Origin: Nitrospirota bacterium
GTDB taxonomy: Bacteria; Nitrospirota; UBA9217
Assembly (NCBI GenBank): GCA_963751455.1
Contig: CAVVUN010000001.1
Coordinates: 384,001-448,000, forward strand
DNA: 64,000 bases
Direction: 5' to 3'
The notes beneath the pieces are model-generated. The model did no database searches. It had not been told where the DNA came from and saw only the letters and a list, made by a program, of their open reading frames with translations. The first letter of the stretch is position 1. Each line of letters opens with the position of its first letter. Of this stretch, positions 51,397-61,717 are shown in pieces. The position numbers were made by a program, and so were the translations under genes.

Positions 51397-51879
51397 ATGG
51401 AAGTAATGAAAGAAGAGTCGTCCAGGGCATCTATCGAGCAGCAGTTCCTGTCGCAGGCCCAGACAAGCGGTGTTAACGTTTTTATCGGCCAGATGAATAA
51501 GACCGAGCATCAGGGAACTATCCGGGATATCGGCCGGTACGAAATCAATATCGAAGAAAACGGCAGGATCGTGACCATTCTGAAGCAGGAAATTTCCTAC
51601 CTCTCCGTTTTCCAGCCCCTCCTCACGGTTGCTCCCGTGTCGACAGCCCAGAATACGGCGGAAGAACCCTCTGATACGGCCACCACCGGAAGGCCGAACA
51701 TCCAGCAGGAATTTCTGGACAAAGCGATCAGGGAAAATCAGCAGCTCACGTTCTTCCTCATAAACGCCCAGCGAATAAAAGCCACCATCGAGGCATACGA
51801 CAGTTTTACCATTCTGCTCAAAGAAGGCGGCAGACAGCATTTATATTATAAACATTCGATCACGACGATCAATCGTTGA
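51397..51879 (+). CDS. Protein with two tandem Hfq/Sm-like domains
   Basis: Domain 2 NIQQEFLDKAIRENQQLTFFLINAQRIKATIEAYDSFTILL...HLYYKHSITTI; domain 1 SIEQQFLSQ...GTIRDIGRYEINI...TILKQEISYL is more divergent. Confidence 0.75.
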   Translation: MEVMKEESSRASIEQQFLSQAQTSGVNVFIGQMNKTEHQGTIRDIGRYEINIEENGRIVTILKQEISYLSVFQPLLTVAPVSTAQNTAEEPSDTATTGRPNIQQEFLDKAIRENQQLTFFLINAQRIKATIEAYDSFTILLKEGGRQHLYYKHSITTINR

Positions 51880-51887
51880 GGTGAACG

Positions 51888-52292
51888 ATGGAAACAAATC
51901 TCCTCGATAGAATGCTGCAGACATATCTGGCTGATCAGATTCCGGTAACCATTACTCTCCAGAACAAAATACGGGTATCCGGCAAAATCAGAGCTTTTGA
52001 CAGTTACGTTATAATACTCGAGGATCAGAAGCGCGAGATCGTGTATCGCCATGCCGTTTCCTGCTTAAGCATGACGGGACATGACGAGCAAAGGCGTTCT
52101 TCTCCTGTAACCGTAATCCGGCAGCCACAGGCGAAAAGCGCAATGAAAAATTCCAAACCCCCTGTTCACAAAGCCAAACCCTCACCCCCGCCTCAGGTCG
52201 TTCTTGCGGCATCCTCAAACGAAACATGTATCAACAGCAGCATGAAAGAAGGTCTTCTCAAGTGGATGCAGGAGCAAAGGGCGGCAAAATAG
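51888..52292 (+). CDS. Hfq-like protein with long C-terminal tail
   Basis: NLLDRML...PVTITLQNKIRVSGKIRAFDSYVIIL...IVYRHAVS. Confidence 0.8.
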   Translation: METNLLDRMLQTYLADQIPVTITLQNKIRVSGKIRAFDSYVIILEDQKREIVYRHAVSCLSMTGHDEQRRSSPVTVIRQPQAKSAMKNSKPPVHKAKPSPPPQVVLAASSNETCINSSMKEGLLKWMQEQRAAK

Positions 52293-52293
52293 A

Positions 52294-53841
52294 ATGAACA
52301 TTCGCAGTAGCGCTCTCGCCGCGGCATCCGGTCTGCTGCTCGCGATGACATTTCCCACGGTCGATATGCACCTGTTCGCATGGATCGGCCTTATCCCTCT
52401 TTTCCTGGCTCTCAAAAAACAGTCCGTCAAAACGGCCTTCCAGCTCGGCGGCATAACCGGAATAGTCTATTTCGCCGGGACTGTCCATTGGGTCACCAAT
52501 TCCGTGCATTTTTTCGGAAACATACCGCTCATTCCCGCTTCGTTAATAACTTTGCTGCTGTGCGCGTACCTGGCGCTTTACCTCGCCCTGTTCGCTGCAG
52601 CCGTTGTCCGTTTGAAGCCCCGCTACCCGTCTCTTGTCTTTGTCGCCGCGCCCGCGCTCTGGACGGCACTCGAGCTTGCGCGCACCTATGTTTTCAGCGG
52701 TTTTCCGTGGTCGCTGCTCGGCTATTCTCAGTACCGAGCTCTGCCGGTCATCCAGATATCTGACATAACCGGCGTTTATGGCGTCTCGTTCCTGATTGTT
52801 CTCGTCAATGTTTCGCTGTCTGAATTCATATTGGACAGGAGACGCTACGCCGGTATCATTGTCTCCTCGATCATGCTGGTGCTCGTCCTGGCTTACGGCT
52901 ATCACCAGTTGCGCGCGCCGATGAGTCCTGAAAGCCTGTCAATAGCGGTCGTTCAAGGAAACATCGAACAGGACAAAAAATGGGATCCTGCGTACCAGGC
53001 AGCCACGATAGCGGTTTACCGCCGGCTTACCCGGAATGCGCTTAAGGACAATCCGGCGCTCGTGATCTGGCCGGAAACCGCGATGCCCTTCTATTTTACC
53101 GGTGATAATCCGGTAGATCGGAAGCTGACCTCCGATCTCAAGGAATTCGTCAAGGAAAACGGCACTCCCCTCCTCTTCGGAAGCCCTACATACGAGCTTC
53201 GACCGAAGAGGCAGGTTGCCCTGCGCAACTCCGCATTTCTGCTTTCGAAGACTGGCGACATCGACCAGGTCTATCATAAGCATCACCTTGTGCCCTTCGG
53301 AGAATATGTGCCTGTGAAAAAAATTCTTTTCTTCGTAGAGAAAATGGTCCAGGCAATCGGCGATTTCGAATCCGGAAAAGATTATACGGTGATGACGATC
53401 CCTGTTGCCGCTTCCGGGAGTGTTGAAGTGAGCACCGTCATCTGCTATGAAATCATCTTTCCCGATCTCGTACGAAGGTTTGTCGACAACGGAGCACGCA
53501 TAGTTACGACAATTACGAACGATGCATGGTTCGGTAAAACCGCAGCACCGTACCAGCATTTTTCCATGGCAGTATTCCGGGCAATCGAGAACCGCGTGCC
53601 CATAGCGCGCGCTGCAAATACCGGCATCTCCGGCTTCATCGACTCTCGCGGAAACATTCTCGCGGTTTCCCCTCTGTTCACCGAAGCCGTCATGACAGGC
53701 CGGCTTTCACCCGGCACTACAAGAACATTCTATACCAGCCATGGGGACCTTTTTTCCTACGCGTGTCTCCTGTTCAGCCTGGCGATACTGCTCTTTACAT
53801 ACAAGCGGACTCCTGATGTGAATCCGGCTCGTAAACATTGA
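52294..53841 (+). CDS. lnt: Apolipoprotein N-acyltransferase
   Basis: GFPW, VQGNI, IWPETA, KHHLVPFGEY, ICYEIIF, TNDAWF, RAANTGIS. Confidence 0.96.
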   Translation: MNIRSSALAAASGLLLAMTFPTVDMHLFAWIGLIPLFLALKKQSVKTAFQLGGITGIVYFAGTVHWVTNSVHFFGNIPLIPASLITLLLCAYLALYLALFAAAVVRLKPRYPSLVFVAAPALWTALELARTYVFSGFPWSLLGYSQYRALPVIQISDITGVYGVSFLIVLVNVSLSEFILDRRRYAGIIVSSIMLVLVLAYGYHQLRAPMSPESLSIAVVQGNIEQDKKWDPAYQAATIAVYRRLTRNALKDNPALVIWPETAMPFYFTGDNPVDRKLTSDLKEFVKENGTPLLFGSPTYELRPKRQVALRNSAFLLSKTGDIDQVYHKHHLVPFGEYVPVKKILFFVEKMVQAIGDFESGKDYTVMTIPVAASGSVEVSTVICYEIIFPDLVRRFVDNGARIVTTITNDAWFGKTAAPYQHFSMAVFRAIENRVPIARAANTGISGFIDSRGNILAVSPLFTEAVMTGRLSPGTTRTFYTSHGDLFSYACLLFSLAILLFTYKRTPDVNPARKH

Positions 53842-53932
53842 TATTCACCGATACTTTGTTTTTTCCCTTCTGTGTGATATAATTCCGAAACTAAACGGAC
53901 ACCATTCCGAGAAAAGCAGCCAGGAGAATTTC

Positions 53933-55067
53933 ATGCTGATAGAAGATCTGAAACAGCAAATCGACGAGATCAAGAACAGGCTCGAAATCCTGCGGAGGCA
54001 TCTTTGACACCCCGGTCAAGGAAGCAAAACTAGCCGAGCTTACCCGCCTCACGGAAACAGCCGGATTCTGGAATAATACTGACAAAGCAAACGCGATACT
54101 GAAGGAAAAAGCGGCGATCGAGCGCTCGCTCAGGGACTGGAGGTCCATTTCACGGCGTGTCGGGGACCTCGAGGCCATGGCCGAGCTCGCTTCAGAAGAA
54201 GGCGGCGATTCGATGCGCTCCGAGTTGCAGCGGGAAAACGATGTCATTATGAATGAAATAGCGACCGCCGAGGTTGCGGCGCTTCTGTCCGGCGAGCAGG
54301 ACCTTTCTAACGGCATCATTTCAATCCATCCTGGCGCGGGCGGCACCGAGGCCCAGGATTGGGCTGAAATGCTCATGAGAATGTACCTCCGCTGGGCCGA
54401 GAAGCGCGGTTACCGGACCGAAATACTCGATTACCAGAACGGCGAAGAAGCCGGCGTCAAATCGGTCACGTTCATGGTTTCCGGGGATTATGCCTACGGC
54501 AGAATGAAAGCAGAGGCCGGGGTCCATCGCCTCGTCCGCATATCTCCATTTGACGCCAACAAGCGGAGACATACCTCATTTGCCTCGGTATTTGTATACC
54601 CGGAGGTCGAAGACGATATCGACATCGTAATCGACGATAAGGAACTGCGCATTGACACATACCGGGCGTCGAGCGCAGGCGGTCAGCACGTGAATAAAAC
54701 CGATTCCGCAGTCCGGATCACGCATCTTCCGACCAACATCGTCGTACAGTGTCAGAACGAGCGATCGCAGCTCAAGAACAAGAATGTGGCCATGAAAGTG
54801 CTGCGCTCACGGCTGTATGAATTACGGAAGAAGGAACAAGAAGAAAAACTCGGCAAGCTGGTCAGTGAGAAGAAAGACATTGCCTGGGGGAGCCAGATCA
54901 GGTCCTATGTGTTCCAGCCGTATCAACTGGTCAAGGACCATCGCACCGGCGTTGAAGTCGGCCAGGTAACAGCGGTCATGGACGGAGATATCGACCAGTT
55001 CATCGAGTCCTATCTCATCATGAGCAGCGGAACGAAAAGCGAAAACCCGGTAGACAACAGACAGTAG
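53933..55067 (+). CDS. prfB: Peptide chain release factor 2 with +1 programmed frameshift
   Basis: ATG 53933; internal SD GGAGG then CAT CTT TGA C (54002-54008); SPF and GGQ motifs. Confidence 0.97.
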
Positions 55068-55306
55068 ACTGGAGACAGGGATACAAAACACGCGAAAAAA
55101 GCTGATTCACGCTGCTTACTGCATGCTGTCTACCGTATTCTATTGCATCAGTTAACGGTGACTGAAATATAATTGAACCCAAGGATTCCCAACAAGGACT
55201 GTCATCGTGGGAATTGCGAAGACGGAACCCATACCCAATGCAGCTGCTAAAGGGCCGCTCTGGGAATCGCTGGCCGAATTCTCCTGAATATGCAATCGAA
55301 ACGAGA

Positions 55307-56290
55307 TTATCTCGTCTTTTTTGGAATTCCGACATAATATAGATCAAACCCGCCTTTGCCGCCGGGACGGTTTGAAGAAAAAATCATTAAATCATTTGAA
55401 TAACCCCACGCATAGACAACAACGGGGCGATATTCATCATAAGCCGTATTGATGGATTGGCCGAAATTAACAGGCGTCGACCATCCGCCCGTGCCATATG
55501 TTGAATAGTAGAGATCGTACCCGCCATACCCGCCGGGCCTGTCCGACGTAAAAACGAGGAGTGTTCCATTTATGTAAGGGCATTTGTCATTATTTGAGGT
55601 GCTCAAAGCCTCGTCTTTTGTTATAATTACATTCCCCGTGCCCGTTAACCACGTCAGTACATCTGCTCCTTCCGGGACAGTAGTTTGATAGATGTCGAAA
55701 TCCCCTCCTCTATTCGAGGTAAAATAAATCGAGTTGTCCGGACCGAACGTAGGATAGGCGTCATCAGATGTTGAGTTGAGAGCGTTCGATACGTTGACAA
55801 TTCCATCACTTTCAAGATGATAAATATCTAAATCCCCGTTCATATCGCTCGCATATAAATAGAGTTTTTCGTTCTCGGATAGGTACACTAAAGCAGGACC
55901 GTATTCATTCGAAGGAGAATTGGTCCCCGGCCAAACCATATCACCAGACACAGGTGACACTTCCATGCTGAAATCCCCGTCATTCTGACGATTATAGTAT
56001 CCATGGACGAGCATACTTTCAATATCAAAAGTCCCTCCCTGGGTATCCCTGTTTGAAGAAAAGTACAATGGGAAATACCCCTCCAGAATGGGTCCCGGTC
56101 CGGAGTTGAAATCGTCGAATTCGCTGTTCACAGCGGAGAAGGGCGTAACTATTTCCGTGATTGCGGCGTTGATTTCTGTGTCCTCATTTTTTTTCAAATC
56201 CAGGCACGCAGACGCAGAGAACTGAAGAGTCGCCAATATGGCAAGGAGCAGATGCCGGCAACCTGGAGGGAAATAATTACGAATTTTCAT
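55307..56290 (-). CDS. Lipoprotein with PD40/TolB-like repeats, paralog of 6965-7957
   Basis: ASAC lipobox; near-identical C-terminus NDLMIFSSNR.GGKGGFDLYYVGIPK.TR. Confidence 0.8.
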   Translation of the reverse strand: MKIRNYFPPGCRHLLLAILATLQFSASACLDLKKNEDTEINAAITEIVTPFSAVNSEFDDFNSGPGPILEGYFPLYFSSNRDTQGGTFDIESMLVHGYYNRQNDGDFSMEVSPVSGDMVWPGTNSPSNEYGPALVYLSENEKLYLYASDMNGDLDIYHLESDGIVNVSNALNSTSDDAYPTFGPDNSIYFTSNRGGDFDIYQTTVPEGADVLTWLTGTGNVIITKDEALSTSNNDKCPYINGTLLVFTSDRPGGYGGYDLYYSTYGTGGWSTPVNFGQSINTAYDEYRPVVVYAWGYSNDLMIFSSNRPGGKGGFDLYYVGIPKKTR

Positions 56291-56423
56291 CGTCGACTCC
56301 TATAAAGGGAACTAAGCAGGATCACATTTCATCTGGCGCTTTTGTGACCTGATTAGATCTGTGACCTGATTAGAATTGACGTGAGTAATTAAGATGGGCT
56401 CAGGTGTTTGACTATCGCAAGTT

Positions 56424-56735
56424 TCACTCGAAAACGACCCTATACAGAACAAAAGGCAAGACGACAGGAAAAAACACGAGCGTATCAAGAAGAAAACTGA
56501 ATGGGAGATCGAGTTTGGGATAGCTAGGCGGTTCTACTCCATGCTTTTGTTTATACCTTTGAAGAACGCGTTCATTCTTTGAGATTGCGTGAATATCAAG
56601 CCTGGTGCCGCTGTAGATCAAAGGGCTCCCCTCACTGAAATGAGTTACAGTTCTTGCGGTCGCGCAGTTTGTTGTTAGCATCAGAAAAACTGCTAAGATA
56701 GAAAGTAATCGCATTATTTTCATCCTTATTCTCAA
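56424..56735 (-). CDS. YceK/YidQ-family lipoprotein
   Basis: NCAT lipobox-like; IYSGTRLD; LDLPFSFLLDTL. Confidence 0.85.
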   Translation of the reverse strand: MRIRMKIMRLLSILAVFLMLTTNCATARTVTHFSEGSPLIYSGTRLDIHAISKNERVLQRYKQKHGVEPPSYPKLDLPFSFLLDTLVFFPVVLPFVLYRVVFE

Positions 56736-57382
56736 TTAATACCAATTCCAAGGTACACTGCAGTAAAAGATGATCCATCAGGCTCTCCTTCGTGACCTGA
56801 ATAGAATTGTCGCGAATAATCAAGATTAAGTGAGACTTTCAGGCGTTCGCCGAGCGGTATGGCATAGCCCACGCCGCCCAAAAGCCCATATCCATGAATT
56901 CTGCTTGTTCCTGTCGAACCTGATACGCTAAATGTCGCTATAAAATCCGATCTTCCACCCCCAGCCCTGATAAAAAACCTCTCTCCTGTTGGATAGTGTG
57001 TAAACATTAAAAAATAATTACTTATCTGGAGGGAGCCTTCAATTTTACCTGATAGACCTATAGCTTCCCCTTCCTGTCTTACAGCGGTGTAATCAAAACC
57101 AAAAAAAGTATTCGGATATATTCTGATTCCGGCCTTTAAATTAGCGGTTACTTTCGGTGTCTTGTCGAATCCATTAGCGTCCATTGCTTTATCAAAAGTA
57201 ATTGAATATTGATTATCCCTCTCATATCTCGCATCGATAGCGGTGCCGAGACCTAACCCTAGATACCAATTATCTAACTGATGATTCTCAGCATTACTTT
57301 TTTGGGGCAGGGTTAAACATAATAAAATGCACGAGAGAATTAAGATTCGCTTAAGCATATTTTTCTCCATTTGTAAAATCAT
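56732..57382 (-). CDS. Outer-membrane beta-barrel-like protein
   Basis: Signal peptide; alternating strands WYLGLGLG, GGVGYAIP, VYLGIGIN. Confidence 0.7.
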   Translation of the reverse strand: MILQMEKNMLKRILILSCILLCLTLPQKSNAENHQLDNWYLGLGLGTAIDARYERDNQYSITFDKAMDANGFDKTPKVTANLKAGIRIYPNTFFGFDYTAVRQEGEAIGLSGKIEGSLQISNYFLMFTHYPTGERFFIRAGGGRSDFIATFSVSGSTGTSRIHGYGLLGGVGYAIPLGERLKVSLNLDYSRQFYSGHEGEPDGSSFTAVYLGIGIN

Positions 57383-57412
57383 ATAACAAACTCCCGCCGC
57401 TGATTGATTAGT

Positions 57413-57790
57413 CTAAATTTCCACTGGTTCTGTTTTATTCTTATTAAAAATTTCAATCCGCACTGTTTGGGTTTCACCGGCAGCATTAAATGTTACCGTG
57501 TCAAGAAGAATTCTGTTATCGTTATCATCTATCTGTCGCACCTTATAAACATAGGGCGGCACAGGCACATCATAATTGAATTCACTATAAAGGACGCAGC
57601 TAATCTGCTGCAAGTCGCCTACGCGATTGTCAGTTGAAGCATCAACAATCTCGATATCGAGAGAATCAAGGCCCATGCATATAACTTGTATTCGGCTCAT
57701 ATTATTAGCAAGTGGTCCGGGTTTGTCAGTACATCCCGCTATAAAAAAGCTGATGACGAGAAGCATTATCCAGAGTTTTGCCGACTTCAT
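57413..57790 (-). CDS. Hypothetical lipoprotein
   Basis: IAGC lipobox; GAGG RBS. Confidence 0.72.
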   Translation of the reverse strand: MKSAKLWIMLLVISFFIAGCTDKPGPLANNMSRIQVICMGLDSLDIEIVDASTDNRVGDLQQISCVLYSEFNYDVPVPPYVYKVRQIDDNDNRILLDTVTFNAAGETQTVRIEIFNKNKTEPVEI

Positions 57791-57850
57791 ATGTTTCTCC
57801 TCTCATTTACTTATTCTCACTTTTAAGTTCTAAAGAGTCGCTTTTAAGTT

Positions 57851-59167
57851 TTAAAGAGTCGTTGCAATAAATGGCACATTGAGCGGCATTGGAGCCAACG
57901 CATCACGGTATACTCGAAGCAATATGGCATTACCTGTATTATGTGCGATAAGATTTTGAAGGCTGGTGACTCTACTATTTGAACTCAGAATTAAATCAGA
58001 TTCTTCATTAACAATCGCAATCAAAAGGATGTAATTTCTCGAAGAACCAACAAATTCGCTTAAGGGAATAGAAAAATTAAAACTTACGGTTAAGCTATCG
58101 GGAATCGTATCAACAGATAAAAAGGTACGACCCTCTCCTTCCTCAGGCGCAATTTGGCCAACAATGGTTTTCCCGATCCAGAGTTCATTAGGAACAGTTG
58201 TTGTGATTGTAAAATCTTTCGTAGGGAGTGAATAATTTAAGTCAAAAGAAGATACCCGAAAAAGATTATATTCTTCAGAAACATCTTTCAATTTTATGTA
58301 ATCCGCTGCAAAAGTTGTTATGTTAAATGTCTGTGATGGAGGAACATCAGCAAAGAGTTTCATCTTCAAACGTTCTTTACGAGAACATCCTGGACAAGTA
58401 ACTTCCTGAGGCACAATAGTAAGAGTGCGATTGACACCATCGTGAATATAATAGCCTGTAACAACATATTTTGGATATTGCGCTGTTTTAGCACTCATTG
58501 AACCATCCGTATTAATACCAACGACAAATGCAGAACTATTGTGACTGCCAGCAAAGAAATAATTACCTGTATTCACTTCGCTGCCGGAGATCGCGATTAC
58601 CGGCTTCAACATATAGCCCTGACCAAGCGCATAATGCACCGATTGACCCGGGTCGAGATCGATATCAAGAGTATAAAGCTTGCCAGAAGGAATTGAAAAA
58701 ATGCCGTCTATTTTTATGCCTGTCTGCTCTCCACTCGGTACAATAAGAGGCTGCCGGGTTCCATCGGTGAAAGTAATTGTAGTATTCGAATCAAGGATCA
58801 GACGAATTTGTTTATAAAGACCGGGCGCCACCATGGTGTGTGCAAGAACCACCGGATTGTTATTTGTCAGATCAAGCAGATTAAAGGATTGTGGCTCAGA
58901 AGAAATTACAATCTTGTTATCGTTTATATCGATAATTTGTGTTTCAATAACCCTCATATCAATTCTGCTTATCGTGCTACCCTCTACGAGCGTATCGTGA
59001 AAAGTAATTTTTAATTCAGCTAATCCACTTGACCTGTTATTATTGCAACTCAATGAAAAAAGGAGGAGGAGTAACAGTGAATAACCTGCTATCACATTAT
59101 TAACTGTATTTTTTTGCCTTTTCATATAAGATTCTCCTTTTCGCTGCATATTATCAGCAGACTTCAT
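57851..59167 (-). CDS. DUF4382-like lipoprotein (start may be the internal MKRQK)
   Basis: LSC lipobox; FNLLDL, PGLYKQIRL, L.VPSGEQTGIKI, YMLKPVI. Confidence 0.75.
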   Translation of the reverse strand: MKSADNMQRKGESYMKRQKNTVNNVIAGYSLLLLLLFSLSCNNNRSSGLAELKITFHDTLVEGSTISRIDMRVIETQIIDINDNKIVISSEPQSFNLLDLTNNNPVVLAHTMVAPGLYKQIRLILDSNTTITFTDGTRQPLIVPSGEQTGIKIDGIFSIPSGKLYTLDIDLDPGQSVHYALGQGYMLKPVIAISGSEVNTGNYFFAGSHNSSAFVVGINTDGSMSAKTAQYPKYVVTGYYIHDGVNRTLTIVPQEVTCPGCSRKERLKMKLFADVPPSQTFNITTFAADYIKLKDVSEEYNLFRVSSFDLNYSLPTKDFTITTTVPNELWIGKTIVGQIAPEEGEGRTFLSVDTIPDSLTVSFNFSIPLSEFVGSSRNYILLIAIVNEESDLILSSNSRVTSLQNLIAHNTGNAILLRVYRDALAPMPLNVPFIATTL

Positions 59168-59473
59168 GCGCTGAATTAAGACGGAAGACGCTGATAAGCA
59201 TTTGATTTTTTTGGAAAAAAATAAAAGAATCTAAATTTCTCGTACTAAAGCATCTGACTCAAATTAAATAGCAAAAGATGATAAAAAGCAAGTTTTTTTC
59301 AGGGTATTTTTGGGGTATTAACGAAAATTTCAGTTTGTTGCGCTTTGTTGCGCTTCAAATCCGAAAGTTATGAGGGGTTCTTGCAGTTAGTTACTCTGCC
59401 TTTTCATTTGCGAAATCAGCGTAATCTGCGGATATGACTTGAAAACTTTCCGATTCCACATTCCGCAATCGAG

Positions 59474-61267
59474 TCATATTCCCACTATCTGCGGGGAGCG
59501 GGCATCCATGTATTTTTTTACACCTTCAAAAAGCGCTTCTGCTATCTTTTGTCGGTACGAGTCCTTGCGGAGCAGCTGTTCCTCCTCCGCGTTACTGATG
59601 AAACCCACCTCGGCAAGAATACTCGGTATATTGGTATTCATCAGAACATAAAAAAAAGCGCTCTTGACTCCGTGGTTCACAATGCCGCGCTGGAGCGGTT
59701 TCATCATATCGATAAGCGAGCCCTGGACCGTGCCCGCGAGTTGAATCGATTCTTCAATTTTGTTATCTATCTTCAAGTCCTTCAGCATCTTGTCCACTTC
59801 CGAATCCAGCTCGCTCAAACTTCTCGTGGACATTGCGTTTTCACGGGCAGCTGTCGCCATTGCCTCGCGGTCCGAGGCCTTCAACCCCTGCACATAGGTC
59901 TCGATGCCCCTTGTCTTTTTCTTCCGGTTTGCATTTACATGGATGGATACGAACAGATCAGCGTTCTGGGACTTTGCGATGAACGGCCGCTGGTCAAGCG
60001 GGATATACACATCACGGTCCCTGGTCATGACCACATTGCATCCGAGCCGCTGTTTTACCAGAACCGCCAGGCGCTTTGCGATGTCCAGCGTAATCTGCTT
60101 TTCTTTCAGCCCGCTCTTTCCGATGGCGCCCGGGTCTTGTCCGCCGTGACCGGCATCAATCGCGATGGTCTTTATTTTAAGACCCATCTGGCGTGAAAGG
60201 GTAAGCCTGCTCCCCTCGTTTTCCAGCTCGGCAGGCTGCGCAGCGTGAATACCGGGCACCGCATGGCCCTTTTTTTCGTCCGCTTTTTCCGCAGTTCCAT
60301 TTTTGACGCTGTCCGTCCCGGCGGACAACGGCTGGCCATTGCCCGAAGTTCCAGTTTCACCTGTCACATCGATAACAAGACGATGGGGATCCAGCAGCCT
60401 GAACGCGGCATAGCTCTTGATGCTTGCAAGGTCCAGAACCACCCGCACTGTGTCGGACGTATATTGCCCTGCACGAACCTGTTTCAGAATGCCGTCATTG
60501 ATGAATATATTGTTTTTGCTTAACTTGCTGTCGGCGCGCGAATTCAGGATATCGAACACCAGACGGTCCGGGTTTCTGAGTTCCTGCACATGGTACTCAA
60601 CCGGTTTTGTCTGATCGATCACGATCCGGGTATACGCGCCCTCGGACCAGTGGCGTATGCTTTTGACAGTGCCGATTTGGCCTTTTTTTCCCACTGTTGC
60701 GATTGCTTGAGGAGAATGGTGTTTGCTATGAAGCCCTGATGCCGCTTTTGCCGTGCCCACGCCAAGGAGTTTTTTTGCTCGCTCGGTCCATGCGCTGTCC
60801 GGATAGGCTTGCGCCAGCCGTGTGTATGTCTTAAGCGCAAGGGCGCCGTCTTTTTTGTAGCCGGCTGTCAGTTCTATGCTGCGAAAAAGGGCTTCCGGAA
60901 TCCTGGCATGGCCGGGATACAGGGACCAGCACTTGTCGTAGGTTGAGATTGATTCATTGAGGTCGCGGGAATATTTATTGAATTGATAGAGCTCTGAATA
61001 TACCTGTGCCCGATCGAAGCAGGCGTCCCCGGCGCTTGGGCTTTTGGGATACTGCTTTTCGACCAGTTCGAAGGTACGAACGCAATCGATCCAGTACGAG
61101 CGGTATTTCTTTTTGTTCGAGGATTTCCTGAGATCGAACAGACGCTGGCAGGCGACAGAGTATTTGCGCCCGGCTTCTGAATCATAAGACGGGTAGGCAG
61201 GAACGGAAATGAGCAGCACGATAAAGCATGCTACGGAGGCCGCGATAAGACGGCCATAACTCTTCAT
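59474..61267 (-). CDS. N-acetylmuramoyl-L-alanine amidase (TPR-like, AMIN, Amidase_3)
   Basis: NPDRLVFD AMIN; IDAGHGGQDPGA, LKEK, FVSIHVNA, ILAEVGFISN. Confidence 0.93.
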   Translation of the reverse strand: MKSYGRLIAASVACFIVLLISVPAYPSYDSEAGRKYSVACQRLFDLRKSSNKKKYRSYWIDCVRTFELVEKQYPKSPSAGDACFDRAQVYSELYQFNKYSRDLNESISTYDKCWSLYPGHARIPEALFRSIELTAGYKKDGALALKTYTRLAQAYPDSAWTERAKKLLGVGTAKAASGLHSKHHSPQAIATVGKKGQIGTVKSIRHWSEGAYTRIVIDQTKPVEYHVQELRNPDRLVFDILNSRADSKLSKNNIFINDGILKQVRAGQYTSDTVRVVLDLASIKSYAAFRLLDPHRLVIDVTGETGTSGNGQPLSAGTDSVKNGTAEKADEKKGHAVPGIHAAQPAELENEGSRLTLSRQMGLKIKTIAIDAGHGGQDPGAIGKSGLKEKQITLDIAKRLAVLVKQRLGCNVVMTRDRDVYIPLDQRPFIAKSQNADLFVSIHVNANRKKKTRGIETYVQGLKASDREAMATAARENAMSTRSLSELDSEVDKMLKDLKIDNKIEESIQLAGTVQGSLIDMMKPLQRGIVNHGVKSAFFYVLMNTNIPSILAEVGFISNAEEEQLLRKDSYRQKIAEALFEGVKKYMDARSPQIVGI

Positions 61268-61306
61268 AATTAATTCGTTTTTTAACCGAATTATCGGGAG
61301 ATGTCA

Positions 61307-61335
61307 ACAAAAAAAGGCCCCGCTGGGGGGCCTTT
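61307..61335 (-). terminator. Intrinsic terminator after rplT
   Basis: Minus strand AAAGGCCCC...GGGGCCTTTTTTTGTT. Confidence 0.8.
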
Positions 61336-61363
61336 GACACTTTGACTGACGCTCGGATCTCTG

Positions 61364-61717
61364 CTAGGATGCAGCTTTGGCCGTCTCTACAATCTTGGTA
61401 AAACCAGCCGGGTCCGAAACAGCAAGATCGGCGAGTATTTTTCGGTCAATGGCCACGCCGTTTTTCGTAAGTCCGGCAATCAGCCTGCTGTAGGACATAC
61501 CGTTCAGTCTGGCCGCCGCATTGATGCGCGCGATCCACAACCTCCGGAAATCTCTTTTCCTGGCCTTCCGATCCCTGTACGCGTATTTGAGCGCGCGGTC
61601 GACCGCCTCTGTTGCACTTCTGAACAGCTTCGATTTTGCTCCCCAGTAACCTTCTGCCAGGTTGAGCACCCGTTTTCTTCTGGCCCTCGTCTTGGGGCCG
61701 CCTTTAGCTCTAGGCAT
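61364..61717 (-). CDS. rplT: 50S ribosomal protein L20
   Basis: [24 protein letters not shown]...[10 protein letters not shown]. Confidence 0.98.
   Translation of the reverse strand: MPRAKGGPKTRARRKRVLNLAEGYWGAKSKLFRSATEAVDRALKYAYRDRKARKRDFRRLWIARINAAARLNGMSYSRLIAGLTKNGVAIDRKILADLAVSDPAGFTKIVETAKAAS

Noticed and set aside
53990-54010. prfB frameshift as a novelty or an error
   Set aside because: Canonical RF2 autoregulatory CTT-TGA +1 site with internal SD
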